DNA of 64,000 nt from Clostridia bacterium (GTDB lineage Bacteria; Bacillota; Clostridia; Oscillospirales; CAG-272): assembly GCA_017501225.1 (NCBI GenBank), contig JAFVXH010000022.1, positions 4,407-68,406 on the forward strand, read 5' to 3'. Positions 47,026-56,185 of the stretch are shown one piece after another; position 1 is the stretch's first letter; the number at the start of each line of letters is the position of its first letter. The position numbers and the translations under genes were made by a program. Below the pieces are notes generated by a model that saw nothing but the letters and a program-made list of their open reading frames with translations, made no database searches and was not told the origin of the DNA.

Positions 47026-49389
47026 ATGAAAGTAACATCAAAGATCATTGCCATCTTGCTCTGCCTTGCCATGACGGCGGGGGCGCTGATTCCTTGCGTA
47101 TCCGCTGCGGCTGACGTGCTGAGTGAGCAGGGTGACACCGTTTCTGCGCCGATCAACCTCAAAGACCTTTTGGCAGAGACGGATCAAACTCCGGAGCCCC
47201 CGTTTGATCTTGACATGCTCAAGGTATCCTATCAGTTCAACACCGATAAGAGCGCGATCCGTCTGGTCACCACCGTTGACGGATTGGAGTATACGGAGGC
47301 AGGATTTGTTCTCACCCTCGGAGATCAGCGTGCAAGCATTACGATCCACGAGGTCTACGGCTCCATCCTCGGTGCGGGACAGACCTATACGCCCACTATG
47401 GCAGGTGCTCCTACCTCGGAGTATTTTGCACTGTTTAACGTTACGGATCTCCCCGAGGAGTTCTCTCTCCTTGCCAAGGCGTTCGTTAGGACCACGGACG
47501 GAAATACCTATTTCGGCGCGGAACGTGAGATCATCAAGAAGCGCGGAGAATTGATTCTCGACACAAATGGCACCGTCAGCGGTTCCGTCGTATCCTGGAA
47601 TGATCTGGGGTGGGAGGTACACACTCATACCGCTGATGAGTGGGTGGTTACTAAGGAAGCGACTTATGACAGCGAGGGCTTGATGGAAGGTGTCTGCGCT
47701 TGCGGCGAGAAGTTAACGCAGGTCATCGCGAAGCGTGTTCTCGAGCTGGATCACGCTTTGAATGGCGACGGACAGAGCTATTCCATTACCGGTATCGGTG
47801 ATTGGGAGGATCCCGACGTCGTCATCCCCGTAACCTGTAATAGCCTGCCGATTACAAGCATCGGCTCCTTTGCATTCTACTCTTGCCTGGACATTGAAAG
47901 CATGACGTTTGCAGGAACCAAGGCACAGTGGGAAGGCATCAGCAAGGGAACGAACTGGGCACCCGCTAATTTGTCCCAGGTCGTTTGCTCCGACGGTACC
48001 GTAGCCGTTCAGCATGACGTTGCGGTGACCACCTCGGGTATCGTTTCGAATTTCAGCACAAAGCCCATGACCTACACGCTTGGCGATGTTAGTGTCAACC
48101 TCACCTTCCACGGCTGGCCTTCCATTACCGTGGATGAGAACGGCACGCTGTACGCAGTCAGCTCGGCTCGTCTGAGACACTCTTTGCCCATCGGCTGCAA
48201 CGTATTGATGAAGAGCACGGACGGAGGCACGACTTGGTCGAATCCCGTCATCATTCACGATACTCCCATGGATGACCGCGATACCGGTATTGAATACCTT
48301 GGCAACGGTAAGTTCCTCGTTACCTTCTTCACCACGGGTGTTGATAAGAAGAGCGACGGTACTTACACCACGAAGTTCTTAAAGGAAGGTCAGAGCATTA
48401 CCACCAAGGACGGTTACACGATCGTAGGTAAGGCGGGTGACACCGGTTGGCAGGATCAGGAGCCTGCTTGGGCTAGCGATCTGCTCACTTACTGGACGAC
48501 CTGCAATCTCGCAGACCTGATGAGTGGCTACCATTGCCTGATCTCTGACGATTACGGACAAACGTGGGAGTTGAAGTACAATACTCCTGTTTCCGCACCG
48601 CACGGCGCGATCCAGCTGGCAAACGGTGACTTGTTCTACGTCGGTCACAGCAACCAGAATAGAATTTTCGCATACGTCAGCAAGGATGGAGGACTTACTT
48701 GGACTCTCAAATCCACCATTGCGGTCGGCACTCCTTACTCTATGCTCGAGCCTCACGTCGCAGAGCTGCCGAACGGACGCCTGATCGCAACCTGGCGCGT
48801 CAACCTGACCAAGGTCACGATCGGCGATATTACGTACGAAGGTGCGGATGTCGGTGGACTTGATGCGAACGGTATCGGTATCTTCAAATACGGCGACCAT
48901 TACTATCGCATCTACCACGACGGCAACGACGGCAACAATAGCAACAACAGGATTGAAGATCTGGGCACGACCAAGCCCGCAACGCTCTATAGCGGATGCA
49001 CCTACATGGCGTACTCGGATGACGGCGGAGCTACCTGGAGCAAGTGTGAGCCCGTCTTTGACAAAAACGGCAAGCTGATCAACGGATATCCGCCCGAAAT
49101 GACGGTAACGCCCGAGGGAATCCTGGTTCTGACCTACTCGATCAGAGAGCCCGGTAACTACACCACCTGCGTGACCTACAGCTTCGACGGCGGTCTGACC
49201 TGGGAGCCCTCCGTAACCATCCGTACCGCTTCCACCTCTACGACCAAATACACCGACCACGGATATCCTTCGACGACTTATCTTGGCAACGGCGAGTTCA
49301 TCACGGTATACTATGAGGATTATAATGCCCAAAACCAGGGTATTCTGCGTTATACCAAGTGGACGCTCCAGAGCGGTCTTAGCGCGTAA
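47026..49389 (+). CDS. secreted multidomain protein: N-terminal extension (about 360 aa, includes an LRR-like segment) plus a sialidase-like Asp-box beta-propeller with large insertions (array gene 13)
   Basis: Trimmed to MKVTSKIIAILLCLAMTAGALIPCVSAAAD (AAAGGAGAAA RBS). 787 aa. C-terminal part has HGWPS, STDGGTTW, DTPMDDRD, SDDYGQTW, SKDGGLTW, EPH, SDDGGATW, SFDGGLTW, GYPS. Confidence 0.7.
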   Translation: MKVTSKIIAILLCLAMTAGALIPCVSAAADVLSEQGDTVSAPINLKDLLAETDQTPEPPFDLDMLKVSYQFNTDKSAIRLVTTVDGLEYTEAGFVLTLGDQRASITIHEVYGSILGAGQTYTPTMAGAPTSEYFALFNVTDLPEEFSLLAKAFVRTTDGNTYFGAEREIIKKRGELILDTNGTVSGSVVSWNDLGWEVHTHTADEWVVTKEATYDSEGLMEGVCACGEKLTQVIAKRVLELDHALNGDGQSYSITGIGDWEDPDVVIPVTCNSLPITSIGSFAFYSCLDIESMTFAGTKAQWEGISKGTNWAPANLSQVVCSDGTVAVQHDVAVTTSGIVSNFSTKPMTYTLGDVSVNLTFHGWPSITVDENGTLYAVSSARLRHSLPIGCNVLMKSTDGGTTWSNPVIIHDTPMDDRDTGIEYLGNGKFLVTFFTTGVDKKSDGTYTTKFLKEGQSITTKDGYTIVGKAGDTGWQDQEPAWASDLLTYWTTCNLADLMSGYHCLISDDYGQTWELKYNTPVSAPHGAIQLANGDLFYVGHSNQNRIFAYVSKDGGLTWTLKSTIAVGTPYSMLEPHVAELPNGRLIATWRVNLTKVTIGDITYEGADVGGLDANGIGIFKYGDHYYRIYHDGNDGNNSNNRIEDLGTTKPATLYSGCTYMAYSDDGGATWSKCEPVFDKNGKLINGYPPEMTVTPEGILVLTYSIREPGNYTTCVTYSFDGGLTWEPSVTIRTASTSTTKYTDHGYPSTTYLGNGEFITVYYEDYNAQNQGILRYTKWTLQSGLSA

Positions 49390-49469
49390 GCGAGGTCGGA
49401 GTATATTCTGTTCGACAGTGCCCGGATCTGATCCGGAAAAACGGACGGTAATTCCGTCAAACACACAAC

Positions 49470-49506
49470 AAAGGGGAGCCTTTTCAAGGCTCCCCTCATT
49501 TTTGTT
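49470..49506. terminator. bidirectional intrinsic terminator (end of array / end of P-type ATPase gene)
   Basis: AAAGGGGAGCC-ttttcaa-GGCTCCCCT followed by CATTTTTGTTG. Confidence 0.75.
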
Positions 49507-49507
49507 G

Positions 49508-52186
49508 TCAATATCCGTTTTTCTTGCCAAACAGACGGCAAAGTGCTTTTCGCAAAAGATCTGCAGGAAACACCGAGAGAGAAAGCAGCATGGTGAGCAG
49601 CAGCTCCCTTGGGAGCAGCGGGGCGGTGCGCAGAACACTCCCTCCAAGATAGACGAACACAAGCTGGATCGCAAGGATGGCAAGCATGATGATCAGAAAA
49701 ACGGGATTTTTGGAAAGCCCCGTCAGCATCTTGAGCCGGTCGGAGCGCGCGTTGAAGCAGTTGAACACGGAGGAAAAAATGAACAGCGCGAAGAATGCGG
49801 TCAAAAGATAGATCCGATTTTGTGCCGGACGGAAAAGCGCGGTTATGGCAGGCGAGGTTAAAAAGTAAAGGCAGAGTCCTACGGTAAAGCTGCCGAGCAA
49901 TAGGATCTGATTGATCATATATCCGTTGAGGATCGGCTCCTCCCGTTTCTTCGGAGGCTCCTTCATGTAATCGGGCATGGGCGGCTCTCCCGCAAAGGCA
50001 AGCCCTCCCAAGGTATCCATAATGATGTTGATCCAGAGCATTTGCACCACCGTGACGGGGGAATCAATTCCCAAAAACGGACAGATCATGGTCACTCCCA
50101 TGGCGCAAAAGTTCATGGTCAATTGCAGGGTGATAAATTTGCGGATGCTCTTGAACACGGTCCGTCCGTAAAGCACGGCACGCACGATGGAGGCAAGGCT
50201 GTCGTCCAAGATGATGATATCCCCCGCATCCTTTGCCACCTGTGTGCCGCTTCCCATGGAGAAGCCAACGTCCGCGTAGCGCAGGGCAGGGGCATCGTTG
50301 ATCCCATCCCCCGTCATTCCAACTACCAGCCCACACTCCTGCGACAGGCGAACCAGCCTGCTTTTGTCGCTCGGGAGTGCGCGTGCCACCACCGCAAGGG
50401 TGGGGAGAAGCTCCTTCAGTTTTGCATCGGATAATTGAGATAGCTCCTCCCCCGTCAAAAGTAGGGGACGCTTCGTCGTCAGGATTCCCGCCTGCTCGGC
50501 GACCGTGCGTGCGGTTTCGGGGTTATCACCCGTGATCATCACAACGCCGATCCCCGCCTCCTGTAGGGATCTGACCGACGTCCTGGCATCGCGGCGCAGA
50601 GAATCCTTGATACAGACCATGCAAACAAGCGAAAACGAGCCCTTGGGGCGGCTTTCATGCAACGTAGCGGGGATCGCGTCATCGGAAAGGAGCAGGGCAA
50701 GCACGCGTTCCCCCGCCCGCGTGTGCTCCGATTGCATGCCTTGGATTTTCCGCCGATCCAAGGATACGCGTCCAAGGTCTGCGTCCAGAGCACCGCCCGC
50801 AAGAGGCAGGAGAATTTCGGGAGCCCCCAAAAGGAGTGTCAGATTCCGCTTTCCCCCAAGGCTGACAGCGCAGTATTTGCGTGCGCTGTCAAAGGGAAGG
50901 CGGGATAGCACGCGATAGCCCACGGGCTCGGGAAAGGAAAGCACGGACTGCAGAAGCGCGCGCTCGGTCGAGCTTCCGCCCAGGGCGATGGGAGAACCGC
51001 TTGGTGCCTTTCCCACGCTTGCCTCGTTGCCAAAGCGAAAGCAAAGGGAAGCGAGCTCCGCATGCGCGCGCGACGTCTGAAAGCAGGATTTGATGCTCAT
51101 TTCCTCACCGTTTGGCAAAATCAGGGAGGAAACCTGCATTTTTCCCTCGGTCAAGGTTCCCGTTTTGTCGGTAAAAAGGATATTCATGCTTCCCGCCGAC
51201 TCAATGCCGACGGGCTTGCGTACCAGCACCTGATCCTTCACCATTTTGCGGATGTTGGAGGACAGCACCACCGCGATCATCATGGGAAGTCCCTCGGGGA
51301 CAGCGACCACGATCACGGTCAGAGCAAGCGTCAGCGCGTGCAAAAGCTGCTCAAACAGATAAGGTATGTTGATAAGCTTCAGGCGAATGAGCTCCGGATT
51401 CATCCCACTGTCGATGAAGAAGGTATTGAACAGATAGGCAAACGCCACCAGGAGTGACGCGATATATCCTAAGACGCTGATTTGCCGTGCGAGCTTGGAG
51501 AGGCGTTGCTTTAAGGGACTCTCCCGCTGCTCGGATTGGATCTCACGCGAGATCTCTCCGAGTGCGGTATGATCCCCGACCGCAGTCACCAGATACTCGC
51601 ATGCACCAAGCGTTACGGTACATCCCCGAAAGAGTGAGCTCTTGGATGCGGGTTGCATCTGCGTACTGCCAACGGTTTTGCGTATTTCGCGATTTTCACC
51701 CGTCAAGGGCGATTGATCCGTGCGCACCTCGCCCGACAGCAGATACCCGTCGGCTGGAATCTGTTCCCCGGCTGAGAGGAGGACCACGTCCCCGACCACG
51801 ATCTGCTCCATGGGGATCTGTCGCACGCTTCCTCGTCTGACGCGAACCGATGTGTTGGAGGCTTCCCGACGCAAACGCTCAAAGGCTTTCCCCGAGGTGT
51901 ACTCCGAGAGGGTAGAGATCAGGGTAGCAAGCAGGACCGCAACACCGATGCCAAGCGTTTCGATCCAATCCGCGCCCCGGAACAGCAGCAGAAGATTGAT
52001 GCACAGAGCACCGAGCAGGATGCGGATGACGGGATCGTTGAGATTGGAAAAGAACTGTCCCAAAAAGCCTTTTCCCTTTTGCTTGGTTAAGATATTCGCG
52101 CCGTGTGCCTCGCGGGAGCGTGCTGCCTCCTCCTCGGTAAGCCCGATGCGTGCGGATGGATCGGTTTTCTTTTTTTGCCCGTTCAT
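49508..52186 (-). CDS. cation-transporting P-type ATPase (Ca2+-ATPase-like, P2 type)
   Basis: 892 aa. DKTGTLT phosphorylation motif, TGDN, GDGINDAPAL, about 10 TM segments. Confidence 0.88.
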   Translation of the reverse strand: MNGQKKKTDPSARIGLTEEEAARSREAHGANILTKQKGKGFLGQFFSNLNDPVIRILLGALCINLLLLFRGADWIETLGIGVAVLLATLISTLSEYTSGKAFERLRREASNTSVRVRRGSVRQIPMEQIVVGDVVLLSAGEQIPADGYLLSGEVRTDQSPLTGENREIRKTVGSTQMQPASKSSLFRGCTVTLGACEYLVTAVGDHTALGEISREIQSEQRESPLKQRLSKLARQISVLGYIASLLVAFAYLFNTFFIDSGMNPELIRLKLINIPYLFEQLLHALTLALTVIVVAVPEGLPMMIAVVLSSNIRKMVKDQVLVRKPVGIESAGSMNILFTDKTGTLTEGKMQVSSLILPNGEEMSIKSCFQTSRAHAELASLCFRFGNEASVGKAPSGSPIALGGSSTERALLQSVLSFPEPVGYRVLSRLPFDSARKYCAVSLGGKRNLTLLLGAPEILLPLAGGALDADLGRVSLDRRKIQGMQSEHTRAGERVLALLLSDDAIPATLHESRPKGSFSLVCMVCIKDSLRRDARTSVRSLQEAGIGVVMITGDNPETARTVAEQAGILTTKRPLLLTGEELSQLSDAKLKELLPTLAVVARALPSDKSRLVRLSQECGLVVGMTGDGINDAPALRYADVGFSMGSGTQVAKDAGDIIILDDSLASIVRAVLYGRTVFKSIRKFITLQLTMNFCAMGVTMICPFLGIDSPVTVVQMLWINIIMDTLGGLAFAGEPPMPDYMKEPPKKREEPILNGYMINQILLLGSFTVGLCLYFLTSPAITALFRPAQNRIYLLTAFFALFIFSSVFNCFNARSDRLKMLTGLSKNPVFLIIMLAILAIQLVFVYLGGSVLRTAPLLPRELLLTMLLSLSVFPADLLRKALCRLFGKKNGY

Positions 52187-52272
52187 TTTTTATCCTCCAT
52201 ACTTTTTCTATCCCAATATATGAGATCGAAAAGGGAAGTATGAGGTTCGTCCGCGATTTTAAGACGTAAAAA

Positions 52273-52310
52273 CGCCCCGCAGAGCTGTTCTCTCTGCGAG
52301 GCGTCTTTTC
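52273..52310 (-). terminator. intrinsic terminator after coaW
   Basis: Minus strand reads ACGCCTCGCAGAG-agaacag-CTCTGCGGGGCGT followed by TTTTACG. Confidence 0.65.
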
Positions 52311-52320
52311 TGTTTTTTGA

Positions 52321-53178
52321 TTACCCGACGGTGTTTTTGCTGAGCGCCGCACCGATGACGGTACCGAACTGCGAATTTTCGGGAATGATGAAGCGCACGC
52401 CAAAGCTGTCCGAAAGATTTTCGAACACGCTGCGGATGGAGGAGATCGTGGTCAGATTTCCCGTCAGAACGATGTTCTGAAGCTTGTAGCTTCTTGCCGC
52501 AAAGATGGAAAGCATGGCAATGGTTTCCGCTACCATGTTGGCAATACCGAGCGCAAGATCTCCGGAGCTTGCAAGATCCGAAACGTTTCCGAAATTGGAG
52601 GCGGTCAGATTTTCGTTGATGCCCTGATAGGTATGCGCGTGCGAAAGATCCTTGATACGAAGGTCAATGTTGGCAAGATCGCCCTCGGAGCAAAGCTGCT
52701 CGATGTGGTCGATGTTGTCCACGCCCAGAAGCTTGCGGGAAAGTCCTACCAGCGTGCCGCCGCCGACACCCGTACCGCCAAGGTATTCGATCTGACAGCC
52801 GCCGTTCTCCTTTTTTGCGTGAATGAGGGCCGTGCCCGTGCCCATGCTGACGACGATTGCCTCGTCAAGCCCGGAAAGATAAAGACCTCCGATTCCGATG
52901 GAGGAGAATTCCGGCACCGGACGGCAGTCCAGATCGTAGATCGGTCCGCGCAAATGTCCCGCACCTGCGCCTGTCATCAGGACCTGCGAGATATCCGAAA
53001 GTCCCAAGCCGTTCTCTGCCGTGAATTTTCCAAATGCGCCGTAAACCGACGTCAGCGGATCGGTCGCGCGCACGAATTGAGGCGCGATCAATTCCTCCGC
53101 TCCGTTTTCCAAGCTGCGAAATCCGACGATCTTCGTCGTGGTTCCGCCAACGTCAATGCCGATGACAGCCTTACTCAT
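52321..53178 (-). CDS. coaW: type II pantothenate kinase
   Basis: 285 aa. MSKAVIGIDVGGTTTKIVG.. (ASKHA fold) with ..SMGTGTAL.. and GGTGVGGGTL, like staphylococcal CoaW as I recall it. Confidence 0.78.
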   Translation of the reverse strand: MSKAVIGIDVGGTTTKIVGFRSLENGAEELIAPQFVRATDPLTSVYGAFGKFTAENGLGLSDISQVLMTGAGAGHLRGPIYDLDCRPVPEFSSIGIGGLYLSGLDEAIVVSMGTGTALIHAKKENGGCQIEYLGGTGVGGGTLVGLSRKLLGVDNIDHIEQLCSEGDLANIDLRIKDLSHAHTYQGINENLTASNFGNVSDLASSGDLALGIANMVAETIAMLSIFAARSYKLQNIVLTGNLTTISSIRSVFENLSDSFGVRFIIPENSQFGTVIGAALSKNTVG

Positions 53179-53314
53179 ACCGATCTGCCTCCTTTTGCTT
53201 TGCTTTTGATAAGCCTTCTCGAAAAAACTTTTTTATATTATACCATTGACTTGTAAAAATTGCAACCTTATGCTATAATATTTTCGTAACTTTTTGAAAG
53301 GGGAGGGCAAAACG

Positions 53315-55081
53315 ATGGCTTTTGATGCGGGAATGCTTGCTTGCGTGCTGGCGGAAATTCGGGAAAAAAGTCTTGGCGCGCGGGTAGAAAAGGTCTTTCA
53401 GCCCGAAAAGGATGAGATCGTTCTGCAGATGCGAAGCATCGAGGGAGGCAAGCGCCTTCTGATCAACGCAGGCTCCTCTACGCCCCGTATTTGCTTTACT
53501 ACCGAGCAAAAGGAAAATCCCATGTCCCCTCCCATGCTGTGCATGCTTTTGCGCAAGCATCTGCAGGGCGCAAAGCTTTGCGCCGTCCGTCAGTGCGGCT
53601 TTGAGCGCGTGGCGGAGCTGGAATTTCTGACGCGGGACGAGATGGGATTTGAATGCAAGCGTTATCTGATCGTGGAGATCATGGGAAAGTATAGCAATCT
53701 CGTCTTTGCCAACGAGGCAAAAAAGATCTTGGCGGTGCTTCATACCGTGGATTTTTCCACCTCCTCACGCCGCCAGCTCCTGCCCGGAATGACCTACGAG
53801 CTTCCCCCTAAGCAGGATAAGCAAAATCCGCTCGACTGCTCCCGGGAGCAGCTCCTTGCGCTCACGACGGAAGCGGGAGAGGACCGTCCGATCGACAAAT
53901 GGATCACGTCCGTCTTTTGCGGCATTTCCTCGGCGATCGCGCGCGAGGTTGCCTTCCGTGCAGGGGGCTCGTGCGACGCGACGGTGTCCTGCACTAGCCG
54001 TGAGAAGATTGCGGACGCCTTGGACGAGGTATTGACGTGTATCCGCGAGGAGCGCTTTGCTCCTACGATGATCCTTCGGGACACAACCCCTGTCGAATAC
54101 GCCTTTTATCCGCTTTTGCACTATGGAGAAGGCTTTGAAGTACAAGGCTATGAGAGCGCGGGAAAGCTTCTCGACGTCTTTTTCCAGAAGAAGGATCACG
54201 AGCAGCATATCCGTCAGCGCGCGGGGGACATTCTGCGTATTTTAAGCAACGCCGACGCACGTCTGCGCAAGAAGCTGGATCTGCAGCGTGGGGAGCTTGC
54301 CGACTGTGAAAAGGGCGAGGAGTACAAGAGAGATGCCGATCTCATTACGGCAAATCTCTATCAGCTCTCCCGCGGCATGTCGCGTGTGGAGCTGACCGAC
54401 TACGGGGACTATCACGAGGACGGCAGCTTCGGCACGCGTGTCATCACGCTGGATTCCCGTCTGTCGCCTGCCGCGAACGCGCAGCAATATTATAAGAAAT
54501 ACAATAAGAGCAAAACGGCAAAGGTCGAGCTTGCGCGCCAGATCTCGCTTGGCGAGGCGGAGCTTTCCTACATCGACAGCGTCCTTGATGCCCTGACGCG
54601 TGCCGAAACCGCCGCGGATCTTGCCGAGATCCGTGATGAGCTTTACCGCTCGGGATATGCCTCCCGCATGAAGGGACACGCGCTTCAAAGAAAGCAAACG
54701 ACCCCCACCGTGGCGCAATTCCGAACCTCGGGCGGATACGTCGTTCTGTGCGGAAAGAACAACCTGCAAAACGAATATATTACCCATAAGGTCGCGGGCA
54801 AGCAGGATTATTGGTTCCACGTCAAGAATCTTCCCGGCTCCCATACCGTGATGCTTTGTAACGGAGAGGAACCGAGCGAGCGTGATTTTACCGAGGCTGC
54901 CGAGATCGCGGCGTATTTTTCCAAGGGAGCTGACGGGCAGAACGTCGAGGTGGATTACACCTTGGTCCGAAACGTCAAAAAGCCCGCGGGAGGAAAGCCC
55001 GGACTTGTCATTTACCATACGAACTGGTCCTGCATCGTCACTCCTGACGGAGCGAGGGTGCAAGCTCTCAGAGAAAAATAA
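53315..55081 (+). CDS. rqcH: ribosome quality-control factor RqcH (NFACT / FbpA-family)
   Basis: Trimmed to MAFDAGMLACVLAEIREKSLGARVEKVFQPEKDEIVLQMRS (GGGAGGG RBS). Coiled-coil middle and a C-terminal NFACT-R-like ..DYWFHVKNLPGSHTV.. Confidence 0.85.
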   Translation: MAFDAGMLACVLAEIREKSLGARVEKVFQPEKDEIVLQMRSIEGGKRLLINAGSSTPRICFTTEQKENPMSPPMLCMLLRKHLQGAKLCAVRQCGFERVAELEFLTRDEMGFECKRYLIVEIMGKYSNLVFANEAKKILAVLHTVDFSTSSRRQLLPGMTYELPPKQDKQNPLDCSREQLLALTTEAGEDRPIDKWITSVFCGISSAIAREVAFRAGGSCDATVSCTSREKIADALDEVLTCIREERFAPTMILRDTTPVEYAFYPLLHYGEGFEVQGYESAGKLLDVFFQKKDHEQHIRQRAGDILRILSNADARLRKKLDLQRGELADCEKGEEYKRDADLITANLYQLSRGMSRVELTDYGDYHEDGSFGTRVITLDSRLSPAANAQQYYKKYNKSKTAKVELARQISLGEAELSYIDSVLDALTRAETAADLAEIRDELYRSGYASRMKGHALQRKQTTPTVAQFRTSGGYVVLCGKNNLQNEYITHKVAGKQDYWFHVKNLPGSHTVMLCNGEEPSERDFTEAAEIAAYFSKGADGQNVEVDYTLVRNVKKPAGGKPGLVIYHTNWSCIVTPDGARVQALREK

Positions 55082-55095
55082 ACAGAGGAGAAAAT

Positions 55096-56004
55096 ATGTA
55101 CGATATTATCATAGTCGGCGCAGGCCCTGCCGGAATGACGGCGGCACTGTATGCTTTGCGCGCACAAAAGAAGGTGCTCCTGATCGAGGGAGAGAGCTAC
55201 GGCGGTCAGATCGTCGAATCGCAGGGCGTTGAGAACTATCCCGGATTTACCGAGATCAACGGATACGATCTGGCGGAGAATATGATGCGTCAGCTGCGTG
55301 CTTTGCAGGTAGAGCTTCTCCCTGCGCACGTGGACGGTATTGGGCAGACAGACGGCGGATTTGAGGTCAGAATGGGCACAAAAACCGCGTGCGGACGCGC
55401 GGTCATCCTTGCTACGGGACTGAAGCACCGAAAGCTTGGCGTTCTTGGCGAGGAGCAATTCCTTGGCAGAGGCGTGTCCTTTTGCGCGCTGTGTGACGGC
55501 GGATTTTTCCGTGGGCGTGAGGTCGCGGTGGTCGGTGGCGGAAACACCGCTCTGCAGGACGCGCTCTATCTTTCCGAGCTTTGCGCAAGGGTTACGCTGA
55601 TCCACCGCAGAGAGGGCTTCCGTGCCGAGGAGGCTCTTGTCGAAAAAGCAAGAAAGAACGAGAAGATCACGATCCTGACCGACACGGTGGTGAAGGAGAT
55701 CCGCGGTGAGATGACCGTCCGTGAGCTTCTTTTGCAGAACGTGCGGACAAAAGAGGAAAGCACGCTTGCGGTATCGGGGATCTTTGAAGCCGTCGGTCAG
55801 ATCCCGCAGAACGGGGCGTTCGCGTCGCTTGTTGCTCTGGATGAGAGCGGATACCTGACAGCGGGCGAGGATTGCAAAACGGACGTTGCGGGCATCTTTG
55901 CGGCGGGGGATTGCCGTACCAAGGAGGTGCGCCAGCTTACCACGGCAACCGCGGACGGTACGGTCGCGGCGATCAGTGCCATTGCGTACCTGGACGCACT
56001 GTAA
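55096..56004 (+). CDS. trxB: thioredoxin-disulfide reductase
   Basis: 302 aa. GAGPAG, redox CALCDG, GGGNTA, GDC. Confidence 0.9.
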   Translation: MYDIIIVGAGPAGMTAALYALRAQKKVLLIEGESYGGQIVESQGVENYPGFTEINGYDLAENMMRQLRALQVELLPAHVDGIGQTDGGFEVRMGTKTACGRAVILATGLKHRKLGVLGEEQFLGRGVSFCALCDGGFFRGREVAVVGGGNTALQDALYLSELCARVTLIHRREGFRAEEALVEKARKNEKITILTDTVVKEIRGEMTVRELLLQNVRTKEESTLAVSGIFEAVGQIPQNGAFASLVALDESGYLTAGEDCKTDVAGIFAAGDCRTKEVRQLTTATADGTVAAISAIAYLDAL

Positions 56005-56185
56005 GAATGTCACTGTAGCTCGGGGGCGAGTCGGTTTGATACACCGCTCGCCCCTGACCGCTTCATTTTTTCCAAAAAAATAACATCCTGTAAATATTTA
56101 TTTGGAACTATTATAATCTTGAATTTTTGGAAAAAATATGCTATAATGATAATTGTAATTTTTTGGAAGAGAAAGGAAAAACCCA

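Noticed and set aside
30566-49389. Looked in and around the array for a diversity-generating retroelement, invertible promoter, transposase, integrase, or nan (sialate catabolism/transport) genes.
   Set aside because: No reverse-transcriptase-like, recombinase or transposase ORF is present, and no template/variable repeat pair or long inverted repeats were seen. All 13 ORFs are intact paralogs. The flanking genes are mgsA and a P-type ATPase.
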